From positions 1 through 59,258 of IMG/VR virus record IMGVR_UViG_3300033153_002543: a DNA stretch of 59,258 bases. One strand, 5' to 3'. Of the stretch, positions 19,500 to 26,886 are shown piece after piece; the first letter of the stretch is position 1, and every line of letters begins with the position of its first letter. This DNA is from a virus. Its lineage: Duplodnaviria; Caudoviricetes. Below the pieces are notes generated by a model. It made no database searches. It worked only from the letters and a program-made list of their open reading frames with translations, and was not told the origin of the DNA. The position numbers and the translations under genes were made by a program.

Positions 19500-19588
19500 A
19501 GTTCTCCTTTAGTTAGGAAAAACGTAAATACTACCTCCGTAATATTTACAGGGTGCTTTCCCACTACTCCACCTTAACAGAGTTTGGG

Positions 19589-19788
19589 GCTTTTAAATAT
19601 AAGTATAAGAGACGATTCTTTTTTCAAGAAGGATATATTAATAGCAAGTATATAAACGACTCTAGAGGAAGTTTAGTGAGCTTATATTATACATATAAAT
19701 AGCGCAAATTAAAGTATAGTAACCCGTGTTCGGATGTGGGTGATGATTGGGTGTGAATCCCGTTAATTTTATGCTTATATTTAAAAGT
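19589..19788 (+). ncRNA. candidate about 200-nt structured RNA
   Basis: About 22-bp closing stem GCTTTTAAATATAAGTATAAGA/TTTTATGCTTATATTTAAAAGT; T-loop-like GGGTGTGAATCCC near the 3' end. Confidence 0.55.
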
Positions 19789-19871
19789 AAAGTAGTATCA
19801 TTGCCCGGTGCCGTACACATCTAATGAAATCGAAGTGGTATTATGAAGCAGATACTGACTACTTTATTTTT
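19783..19871 (+). ncRNA. candidate structured RNA
   Basis: Closing stem AAAAGTAAAGTAGT/ACTACTTTATTTTT; contains ATCGAAGTG. Confidence 0.45.
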
Positions 19872-19872
19872 A

Positions 19873-19978
19873 GCTTTTAATTATATATTTAGTATCCTTG
19901 TATGCGCGCGCATTATGGAACATCGAAGTGAAAGAAACATGGGATTGCATCTTTTGACTAAGTATATAATTAAAAGTT
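19873..19978 (+). ncRNA. candidate structured RNA
   Basis: 21-bp closing stem GCTTTTAATTATATATTTAGT/ACTAAGTATATAATTAAAAGT; contains ATCGAAGTG. Confidence 0.5.
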
Positions 19979-19982
19979 TTAA

Positions 19983-20056
19983 GCGGGTAAGCTGAAAGGA
20001 CAGACCACAGGCTTCCAACCTGTTGTGCGGGATTTCGAGCATCCCTATCCGCTCCA
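19983..20056 (+). tRNA. tRNA-Gly(UCC)
   Basis: ACAGG-CTTCCAA-CCTGT, U73-CCA. Confidence 0.88.
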
Positions 20057-20062
20057 ATTTAT

Positions 20063-20137
20063 ATAAGTCTCGACTAGTACGAAGTCACTTCCCAATAGGG
20101 ATAGAAACGGTGTGTGGAAATCCACCGACTTATGCCA
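20063..20137 (+). ncRNA. tRNA-like RNA without an anticodon loop
   Basis: Acceptor ATAAGTC/GACTTAT-G-CCA, D arm GACT/AGTC, 4-nt loop AATA in place of the anticodon loop. Confidence 0.65.
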
Positions 20138-20143
20138 ATTTAT

Positions 20144-20215
20144 TGTCGTGTTTAGCCCACTTCGCGAATGGGTCAATAGTATAAAATGCAGGTGAGACGC
20201 CTGCCACGACAGCCA
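20144..20215 (+). ncRNA. tRNA-like RNA (acceptor + T arm + one hairpin)
   Basis: TGTCGTG/CACGACA-G-CCA; T arm GCAGG-TGAGACG-CCTGC. Confidence 0.65.
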
Positions 20216-20221
20216 ATTTAT

Positions 20222-20292
20222 GATTATAATGTGAGTTACTTATAGTAGCGAGATAGACGGGTAATCTGGTTCGATTCCAGTTATAATCACCA
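20222..20292 (+). ncRNA. tRNA-like RNA (acceptor + T arm + one hairpin)
   Basis: GATTATA/TATAATC-A-CCA; CTGG-TTCGATT-CCAG. Confidence 0.65.
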
Positions 20293-20298
20293 AACAAT

Positions 20299-20374
20299 GG
20301 TTAGTAAGCTTAGATGGTCGAAGCGTCTGCCTCTAAAACAGAATAGCTGGGCTCGTTTCCCAGACTAACCACCA
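20299..20374 (+). tRNA. amber suppressor tRNA (CUA)
   Basis: Acceptor GGTTAGT/ACTAACC-A-CCA, D arm GCTT/AAGC, anticodon arm TCTGC-CTCTAAA-ACAGA, T arm CTGGG-CTCGTTT-CCCAG. Confidence 0.82.
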
Positions 20375-20398
20375 TCACCATATTTAAGGAGAAACAAA

Positions 20399-20491
20399 AT
20401 GAAGAGTACTGAAACAATATAGACTCATGATCCACCTTGGGATATTGTATTAACTATAACAATTAAATCAATATACTACAAGGAGAATTAA
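20399..20491 (+). CDS. putative amber read-through leader peptide MKSTETI*THDPPWDIVLTITIKSIYYKEN
   Basis: AAGGAG RBS at 20386-20391, ATG 20399, in-frame TAG 20420-20422, TAA 20489-20491 ending 1 nt before the next ATG. Confidence 0.55.
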
Positions 20492-20492
20492 A

Positions 20493-20810
20493 ATGAAAAC
20501 AGAACAAGAAAAGAAGTTGTACAGAGATATTAAAGGTGCATGGGCACGCTCAGTAAACAACAAAGATAACATGCCATATAAAGATACATATGGTACAAAA
20601 TATGATGGAAAGCTAAATGCTTCGCATTTTCTAGTATATAATATTATTAGAGGCTTTCCAACATCACGCGGGTTTGAACCGTTAGGAATAGGATATGAAG
20701 AAGCTTGCAAAAAATTAGACTTTTGCTTAAAATTCGGTAGAGAAGAAAAGCTTTTATTTCCATTTGATAATTTAGTGACCGGAAACATGTTAAAGGAGTT
20801 AATAAAATGA
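20493..20810 (+). CDS. hypothetical protein
   Basis: 105 aa, AGGAG RBS, motif HFLVYNIIRG...RGFEP. Confidence 0.75.
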   Translation: MKTEQEKKLYRDIKGAWARSVNNKDNMPYKDTYGTKYDGKLNASHFLVYNIIRGFPTSRGFEPLGIGYEEACKKLDFCLKFGREEKLLFPFDNLVTGNMLKELIK

Positions 20811-21118
20811 CCCCGTACATGTATATAGTTGTTAGAACCGACATAAAAAAAGAATTCCAATTAGTTCAAGCTTGTCACGCTGCTGTAGAGGCAGGGTTCA
20901 CGTTTGATAGACCAGATGATATCGTACATTTAGTAGTATTACAAGTAGCTAGTAAGCAGGAACTTTCCGAGGTTTCCCTTCAATTATATAACGAGTCAAT
21001 TCCCTATGAGGAATTTACCGAATCTTGGGGAAACATGGGAGTAACGGCTCTAGCAACTAAACCAATTACTAAACGTCAAGAAGGGATACTGCGAAAGCTA
21101 TCCCTTCTTACTTATTAA
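20807..21118 (+). CDS. Pth2-superfamily protein (PTRHD1-like putative peptidyl-tRNA hydrolase)
   Basis: MYIVVRTDI...QLVQACHAA...LVVLQV...TALATKP...LRKLSLL pattern of the PTH2 fold. Confidence 0.78.
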   Translation: MTPYMYIVVRTDIKKEFQLVQACHAAVEAGFTFDRPDDIVHLVVLQVASKQELSEVSLQLYNESIPYEEFTESWGNMGVTALATKPITKRQEGILRKLSLLTY

Positions 21119-21192
21119 GTCTCGTTCATCTAATGGTAGGATATCAGGTTTTCAACCTGAGTACAGGGGATCAATACCCCTACGAGACACCA
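21119..21192 (+). tRNA. tRNA-Glu(UUC)
   Basis: TCAGG-TTTTCAA-CCTGA, ACCA; atypical T loop ATCAATA. Confidence 0.85.
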
Positions 21193-21228
21193 ATTTCCGC
21201 ACTTATGGGCATCAGCTCCATAAGTATG

Positions 21229-21256
21229 AAGCCTCACGTAAAACTGAGGCTTTTTT
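21229..21256 (+). terminator. intrinsic terminator-like hairpin
   Basis: AAGCCTCA/TGAGGCTT followed by a T run. Confidence 0.6.
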
Positions 21257-21335
21257 AGCTCTGTGGCGCAGAATGGTAATGCACCTGACTTTGAATCAGG
21301 GTATTTTGTTGGTTCGAATCCAACCAGAGCTTCCA
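21257..21335 (+). tRNA. tRNA-Gln(UUG)
   Basis: CCTGA-CTTTGAA-TCAGG, CCA end. Confidence 0.9.
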
Positions 21336-21343
21336 AATTATAT

Positions 21344-21415
21344 GTCCCACGCAACTGGATGCAATCTTGACTACGAATTAGGATGTTCTAGGTTCGAATC
21401 CTAGGTGGGGCTCCA
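21344..21415 (+). tRNA. tRNA-Arg(ACG), shortened D arm
   Basis: Loop CTACGAA, canonical T arm, CCA. Confidence 0.8.
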
Positions 21416-21421
21416 AACAAT

Positions 21422-21500
21422 GATGTGGTATCTGTCTGCAGCAGGGGATTGGCTGGTTGCCTATGTATACCCCTAGGTTCAATTCCTATACCGTGTCCCA
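21422..21500 (+). ncRNA. tRNA-like RNA / pseudo-tRNA
   Basis: GATGTGGTA/TACCGTGTC stem, TAGG-TTCAATT-CCTA T arm, CCA; no recognisable anticodon arm. Confidence 0.55.
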
Positions 21501-21506
21501 AACAAT

Positions 21507-21592
21507 GGAAGGTGCTGCTAAAAGGATGGCGACTAGGTTTGAACCCTAGAGTGACGGCAACGTTAGGGGTTCGACTCCTCCACCTTCTTCCA
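21507..21592 (+). tRNA. tRNA-Ser(UGA), probable 8/4 fold
   Basis: CTAGG-TTTGAAC-CCTAG, long variable arm, 8-bp acceptor stem and 4-bp T stem. Confidence 0.82.
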
Positions 21593-21643
21593 AATTGTAA
21601 CTAAAAAATTTTAACTCGGCGCCAAACCACCGAGAAATATTAT

Positions 21644-21718
21644 GGTATAGTAGCTAACAGGTAAAGCAACATCTTCATAAGGTGCGAAATGAGAGTTCAA
21701 TTCTCTCCTATACTACCA
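21644..21718 (+). tRNA. tRNA-Met or Ile2 (CAU)
   Basis: Loop TTCATAA, ACCA. Confidence 0.85.
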
Positions 21719-21883
21719 AATAGGAAAATGTATGATATGTCCCGTATGTGACATGGGGATATTAGAACCCTTACTAGATGAAAATGGCTATAGGTATAAT
21801 ATTTGTGATAGCTGTGGTTCAGAGCTAATAACACCTAAAGATTCAAGATATAATAAAGCGAGAAGAGCAGTAAATATAAATAA

Positions 21884-21970
21884 GGAAGATTGACTGAATG
21901 GTAAAGTGCTGGGTTGCTAACCCAAGGCCACCGAAAGGTGAAATAGGTTCAATTCCTATATCTTCCACCA
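21884..21970 (+). tRNA. tRNA-Ser(GCU)
   Basis: Loop TTGCTAA, long variable arm, ACCA. Confidence 0.9.
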
Positions 21971-21983
21971 AACAAGGATAAGT

Positions 21984-22250
21984 ATGTTAGAAAAAATCAA
22001 ATCAAATCTAGGCTTCACACTAAACTTAGTAAGTCTAATAGCAACTGCCTTCGCAGTACTGATCTATTTGCAAACTACATTTGTACAGGCATCTGAGTTC
22101 ACTAAGTTTAAGGTAGATGCATGGGAAGATGAAGTATACAAACTAGCTATTAAAGAAAACAGACTTGCAAATGTTGGTAAAAAATTAAAGCCAGAAGAAA
22201 AAGCATATTTAGAATTATTAAAAGCCAGACTACAAGCAATTAAAAAATAG
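21984..22250 (+). CDS. hypothetical membrane-anchored protein
   Basis: N-terminal hydrophobic segment and helical tail. Confidence 0.6.
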   Translation: MLEKIKSNLGFTLNLVSLIATAFAVLIYLQTTFVQASEFTKFKVDAWEDEVYKLAIKENRLANVGKKLKPEEKAYLELLKARLQAIKK

Positions 22251-22253
22251 TAG

Positions 22254-22282
22254 TTGACTTCGCAACAATAATTGGGTATAAT
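22254..22282 (+). promoter_or_regulatory. sigma70-type strong promoter (TTCGCAAC family)
   Basis: TTGACTTCGCAACAATAATTGGGTATAAT. Confidence 0.85.
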
Positions 22283-22803
22283 ACGTTTATGAAATCAGAA
22301 AAGCCAAAGATTATAGAAATGTTTGATAAGTTACCAAAGGTAATTACTAGTTGCGAAAATATCTTCCAACTTATTGTAGCACAGAAATATGCACACTTAG
22401 CATATAAAAAGTTTAACCAATCTAAAGTATTACGTGGATTTGGTAATCAATTATTAAGAGATAAACACGAGAAATTAAAGAATGGTAATAGATAAGTTGA
22501 TATTAATGGAAAAAACCATTAAAGTAATTGCTACCAGCACAACAAAAGAGCAAAGAAATGTAGCTATTAGATATTACTTCAGAGCTGCACGCCTAGCAAA
22601 TTTTACAGAACTAGACTTTTCATATATACTACAAAGAGTAAAAGATAGTGACCAATAAAAAAGAAAGAAAAGAATATATAGGTAATGATACCGAATTACT
22701 ATTGAGACTCGCTGATTTAGCGGTTTCAAAGATAGAGCTAATGTTAGATTGGCAAGATTATAACAGAAAGAATAATAATGAATTATCATGGAAAAAATAT
22801 AAT

Positions 22804-22888
22804 GCTCCTGTGGTGAAATAGGTAGACACGCTAGATTTAGAATCTAGTGCAGAGATGCGTGAAGGTTCGATTCCTTTCAGGAGTACCA
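22804..22888 (+). tRNA. tRNA-Leu(UAG)
   Basis: CTAGA-TTTAGAA-TCTAG, ACCA. Confidence 0.9.
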
Positions 22889-22896
22889 AACAATTT

Positions 22897-22971
22897 GGGG
22901 ATATAGTGCTAACGGGAACACACCGCGCTTGCAACGCGGAAATCTGAGTTCGATTCTCAGTTTCTCCACCA
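22897..22971 (+). tRNA. tRNA-Ala(UGC)
   Basis: Loop CTTGCAA, G3-U70, ACCA. Confidence 0.9.
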
Positions 22972-22977
22972 AATATT

Positions 22978-23180
22978 AATACACAGCGAAACTAGGTAAA
23001 CCAGACCAAAGCTAGGAACAGTTGCAGTAAGTCGCTGGGGATTTTCGAAAGGTTAGGTAGCTCAAATTACGTAAGAGTCTAATCAAGATTTCCCTAATAC
23101 CAAGGATGGTCTTGTGTTATTTGATATGTATTTAAGTTAAAAAGCCACACCTTGCGGTAGGTTCTTAAGTACATATCAAA
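22978..23180 (+). ncRNA. candidate structured RNA(s) between tRNA-Ala and tRNA-Val
   Basis: Crossing helices CAGCGA/TCGCTG and AGACCA/TGGTCT; separate 17-bp hairpin at 23120-23180. Confidence 0.45.
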
Positions 23181-23190
23181 TTTCAACAAT

Positions 23191-23265
23191 GCTGGGTAGG
23201 CCGATTGGCGAGGCGTTAGTTTTACATACTAATAGTACACGGTTCGATTCCGTGATCCAGTACCA
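23191..23265 (+). tRNA. tRNA-Val(UAC)
   Basis: TTAGT-TTTACAT-ACTAA, ACCA. Confidence 0.88.
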
Positions 23266-23283
23266 ACTTAAGAGAATAGTACA

Positions 23284-24078
23284 ATGTTAATCAGACCAGT
23301 ATCAGACCTCCATTTAGAATTTAGTTATGGAAATATGCGTCTGAATGAATTACCTACAGATAAAGACACAGTTCTTATCTTAGCAGGTGATATTGGCTTA
23401 GCTAGTAAGCCACATACTTATATGGATTTTTTTCATGACAAAGCTAATAGATTCCGTGATGTTATTTATATTATGGGTAATCATGAACATTATAAAGGTA
23501 GTTTTTCTTGCTCTAAAGGTAGAGTTAAAGACAATCTTGCTGAGTTTGTTAATGTTCATGTAATGGAAAAAGAATCCTTAGTTATAGATGATACTGTATT
23601 TATTGCAGCAACTCTATGGACAAGTATGAATAACCATGATATTTTGTGTATGGAACAGTCTAGACTTACTATGAATGATTATACAACTATTAGACACGGA
23701 ACATCTGCAGAACCTTGGAAACGCAAATTAAAACCAATAGATACTGTAGAAGATCATTTAAATGCGAAACACTATATTTTTGAAGAAATTAAAAAACATA
23801 AAGATAAAAAAGTAGTAGTTATTAGTCATCATGCTCCTAGTTTTAAATCTGTACCTGAAGAATTTAAAGGGGATACTATTAATGGTGCTTATGCTTCAGA
23901 ATTATTTGAGGACATTATGGAACATAATCCTGATATCTGGATTCACGGCCATACGCATAATAGCTTTAATTATATGGTTGGGGATACTAATATTATCTGC
24001 AATCCTAGAGGCTATCACACAGAAAGTGGACAATACTTAAACTTAACCTTTAATGAGGAGCTTGTAATAAATGTCTAA
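23284..24078 (+). CDS. calcineurin-like metallophosphoesterase
   Basis: SDLHLE, LAGD, GNHE, SHHAP, WIHGHTH, NPRGY. Confidence 0.9.
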   Translation: MLIRPVSDLHLEFSYGNMRLNELPTDKDTVLILAGDIGLASKPHTYMDFFHDKANRFRDVIYIMGNHEHYKGSFSCSKGRVKDNLAEFVNVHVMEKESLVIDDTVFIAATLWTSMNNHDILCMEQSRLTMNDYTTIRHGTSAEPWKRKLKPIDTVEDHLNAKHYIFEEIKKHKDKKVVVISHHAPSFKSVPEEFKGDTINGAYASELFEDIMEHNPDIWIHGHTHNSFNYMVGDTNIICNPRGYHTESGQYLNLTFNEELVINV

Positions 24079-24392
24079 ATTATTATATATTGTTAAATTT
24101 TGTACTAAGAATCAGCTTTTTGAATCTAAGACTGAAGAATATTTTTATAGTAAAGATAAAGCAGATGCATTAGTTGATAAGTATAGATCTGATGATTATC
24201 ATTGGGCAATTTTACATACAATACAACCTGAGGAATAAAAATGAAAGAACGTAAAGATTATATGACAAATACACAAAAGGTTGCAATGGGCAACTTACCG
24301 AGAACTCATGCAAATTGTAAATTACATACAAAAGTAATGAGACCGGGAAAAACAGCTAAAGATAGAGCTAATGGCGGTCATTAAAGAACTAT

Positions 24393-24482
24393 AGCAAGGT
24401 CGAGAAGTCTGGTCATCTCATGGGGCTCATAACCCTAATCGCCTAACAGCGTTCGCAGGTTCGAATCCTGCCTTTGCTTCCA
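24393..24482 (+). tRNA. initiator-like tRNA-Met(CAU) with a long variable arm
   Basis: TGGGG-CTCATAA-CCCTA (three G-C pairs); extra arm CGC-CTAACA-GCG. Confidence 0.82.
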
Positions 24483-24542
24483 GTTAAAGAAGTCACTCAC
24501 ACCACGCAATTAGAGCGGAAATGTCAAACTTCTATAAATTAT

Positions 24543-24619
24543 TCCTTACGGGCCCTCTTGGTGGGGGCATACGGCTGTTAACCGTAACGCGTCCTGTTCG
24601 AATCGGGAGTAAGGAGCCA
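24543..24619 (+). tRNA. tRNA-Asn(GUU)
   Basis: TACGG-CTGTTAA-CCGTA, G73-CCA. Confidence 0.9.
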
Positions 24620-24625
24620 ATCAAT

Positions 24626-24697
24626 GCCATGTGTTCTGGGAACTAGAGAGCCTCCAAAACTCTTCATCGCAGGGTTCGACTCCCTGTCGTGGTGCCA
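24626..24697 (+). tRNA. tRNA-Trp(CCA), minimal D arm
   Basis: Loop CTCCAAA, G73-CCA, D arm GTTC-TGG-GAAC. Confidence 0.8.
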
Positions 24698-24715
24698 ACT
24701 TAAATAGTACTAAGT

Positions 24716-24904
24716 ATGTCTAACATTAAAGAAACAATAGAATATTTAAAAGGTACTTGTAATACACTAGATGATGAAGATTTCACTATAGAAGAATTAA
24801 CATTATTAGATGATGAAATTTTTCTTTGTGATATTTGTAACTGGTGGTGTGAAGTATGTGAAATGTCTGAAACAGACCATGCAGTCTGTACAGACTGTGA
24901 ATAA
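24716..24904 (+). CDS. small acidic Cys-rich (zinc-ribbon-like) protein
   Basis: CDICNWWC...CTDC motifs. Confidence 0.6.
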   Translation: MSNIKETIEYLKGTCNTLDDEDFTIEELTLLDDEIFLCDICNWWCEVCEMSETDHAVCTDCE

Positions 24905-24905
24905 T

Positions 24906-24979
24906 CTGGATGTAATGTACTGGCTGCATCCGAGCCTTGGAAGCTCGTAGAGTGAGTTCGATTCTCACCTTCCAGACCA
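24906..24979 (+). tRNA. tRNA-Pro(UGG)
   Basis: CGAGC-CTTGGAA-GCTCG, ACCA. Confidence 0.88.
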
Positions 24980-24985
24980 AACAAT

Positions 24986-25065
24986 AGTTAGTTATGGTAG
25001 TATGGGCTTCATGAGCCCAGCCAAGTGCACTTGGTTTGTAGGTTCGAATCCTACGCTAACGACCA
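24986..25065 (+). tRNA. D-armless tRNA-like RNA with CAU anticodon and long variable arm
   Basis: TGGGC-TTCATGA-GCCCA, variable stem GCCAAGT/ACTTGGT, canonical T arm, ACCA; D region only TATGGTAGTA. Confidence 0.65.
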
Positions 25066-25071
25066 ATTTAA

Positions 25072-25147
25072 GGGATTGTAGCACAACTGGTAGTGCAGTG
25101 GATTGTCTATCCGAAGGTTGCGAGTTCGAATCTCGTCATTCCCGCCA
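25072..25147 (+). tRNA. tRNA-Asp(GUC)
   Basis: Loop TTGTCTA, G73-CCA. Confidence 0.88.
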
Positions 25148-25153
25148 AATAAT

Positions 25154-25228
25154 GTACCTGTGGCTGAATGATTAGGCGGCGGATTGCAAATGCGCACAAT
25201 GCAGGTTTGAATCCTGTCAGGTATTCCA
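25154..25228 (+). tRNA. tRNA-Cys(GCA)
   Basis: Loop TTGCAAA, U73-CCA. Confidence 0.85.
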
Positions 25229-25230
25229 CT

Positions 25231-25587
25231 ATGAAAATATTACTTATAAGCTTTATTTTATTAATTAGTTGTTCAGATAGCAATGTTGAACATACAGTAT
25301 CTCAGCAATGCGGCGATGCTAGCCTTAATACCTACACCTTATCTTGGGACAATGTTTTAGATAGTGACTTAAAAGCATACAAAGTATATTATAAACTAAA
25401 AGACAATACACAATTAACTAAAACTAATAGTAATTACTCTAGCGAACTAACAACAAATACATGGTTTATAGACCCAATAGAATTGAGTTTATCAATCTGT
25501 GATAAAGTAGAGTTTGGTGTAGTTGCTATAGGTAACACTAAAAGTGAATCCATACTATCTAGTACACTAGTAATAATAATAGATTAA
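25231..25587 (+). CDS. putative lipoprotein with fibronectin type III-like domain
   Basis: MKILLISFILLISC lipobox-like; TLSWD...LKAYKVYY...FGVVA...SES; start corrected to 25231. Confidence 0.6.
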   Translation: MKILLISFILLISCSDSNVEHTVSQQCGDASLNTYTLSWDNVLDSDLKAYKVYYKLKDNTQLTKTNSNYSSELTTNTWFIDPIELSLSICDKVEFGVVAIGNTKSESILSSTLVIIID

Positions 25588-25868
25588 AACAAAGGACTGT
25601 AATATGAAAGATTTAGAACAACTAGAAAGAGACGCTATTAAGGAAAAAGAAACATTAGAGAATAAAGCATTAGAATTATTTATTAAAGACTTTATAGTTC
25701 AAGATTTAGAACAAATAGAACAAGCTGAAAATAAGTTAGATAGCTTAAAGAAGAAAAAAGATGCTAAAGATTTAGATTTTTATAAGCGCGAATTTAATAA
25801 AAGTGATATGCGCTCGGGTAGTTGTAGTACATATAAAGAGAACTATATAACTAAAGTTAAATAATAAT

Positions 25869-25941
25869 GTGGCGATGGCTCAATGGTAGAGCGTCGAGTT
25901 GTGACCTCGAAGGCAAGGGTTCGATTCCCTACGTCACCCCA
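25869..25941 (+). tRNA. tRNA-His(GUG)
   Basis: TCGAG-TTGTGAC-CTCGA, C73-CCA. Confidence 0.85.
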
Positions 25942-26014
25942 AATACAGCGAAACGGCTTAGCGGCCTTGTTAGGGCTCACTCCCTAACTAGCTATTAATA
26001 TTAGTGAGGATATA

Positions 26015-26605
26015 ATGAATATAGAAGAAGATAAGCTAGAAAAAATAAATGAGTATTTGAAAATATTTGTAGATATAGAAGTATTAAATAAATGTTCAAA
26101 ATTAGAAGAGTATAAGAAAGCATTAGTATTAGGCACGTATAGAAAAGCAAATATAAGTACAGTAACGTATGCAAAGTATAATAGATTACTATGCCCTGAT
26201 AAAGGAAAGAATGATCACCCACTGGGGTATATCCTAGATGTTTTAGGGTACAAGTACTGTGCTCAATGTAAAGAAATAAAGCGTGTACCTAAATTTAGTA
26301 AAAATAAAACAAGGAATTATGGGTTACACCCGCAATGTAAACCTTGCGATTATGCTAATACTTTGAGAACTCAAAAACATAGGCAAGCTAAATATAAAGC
26401 AGCCAAGCTTAAAAGAACACCTAAATGGGCTGATTTGTTAAAAATAAAAGACATATATAATAAATGTCCTAAAGGCTATCACGTAGATCATGAAATACCT
26501 CTACAAGGTAAGCTAGTTAGTGGTTTGCATGTTGAAAGTAATCTGCAATATTTAACAGCTACAGAAAATATAAAGAAAGGTAATAGATATACCCCGGTAA
26601 CTTAA
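26015..26605 (+). CDS. HNH homing endonuclease
   Basis: KYCAQCK...CKPC; RTPKWAD...YHVDHEIPLQG..VSGLHV..NLQYLTATEN..KGN. Confidence 0.88.
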   Translation: MNIEEDKLEKINEYLKIFVDIEVLNKCSKLEEYKKALVLGTYRKANISTVTYAKYNRLLCPDKGKNDHPLGYILDVLGYKYCAQCKEIKRVPKFSKNKTRNYGLHPQCKPCDYANTLRTQKHRQAKYKAAKLKRTPKWADLLKIKDIYNKCPKGYHVDHEIPLQGKLVSGLHVESNLQYLTATENIKKGNRYTPVT

Positions 26606-26666
26606 AGGCTAAGTGCTGAGCTGATAACTCAGTGTCATGCTGGTTCGAATCCAGCTCGGGGTACCA
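26591..26666 (+). tRNA. tRNA-Ile(GAU)
   Basis: CTGAG-CTGATAA-CTCAG, ACCA; 5' end overlaps the HNH stop codon. Confidence 0.88.
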
Positions 26667-26886
26667 AATAAAAAGGAAACATATGTCTACAGAAATACAA
26701 GATAGAGTCATGGATATATGTGTTGCGTATGAAGAAGGCTACGCAGTAGGAGAACAAAACATGAGTTCCACTTTTAATATTTACCCGCATGAAACGGAGA
26801 AGTATTATGCTTGGTATTATGGACACACAAATTCATTAACAAACCAGATGTTAGCTCCTAAAGAAATAACATTCGAATTAGAATAA

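Noticed and set aside
19589-19788. RNase P RNA (GAGGAAG-like motif near 19665)
   Set aside because: No GAGGAAAGUCC and no matching 3' P4 strand were found; left as an unknown RNA.
20299-20374. Genome-wide amber (TAG) recoding
   Set aside because: Long core genes are uninterrupted in code 11, and several genes, including the polymerase, end at TAG at expected positions.
24986-25065. Selenocysteine / opal (UCA) tRNA
   Set aside because: The TGGGC/GCCCA stem centres CAU, not UCA, in the 7-nt loop; there is no D arm or 8/5 fold.
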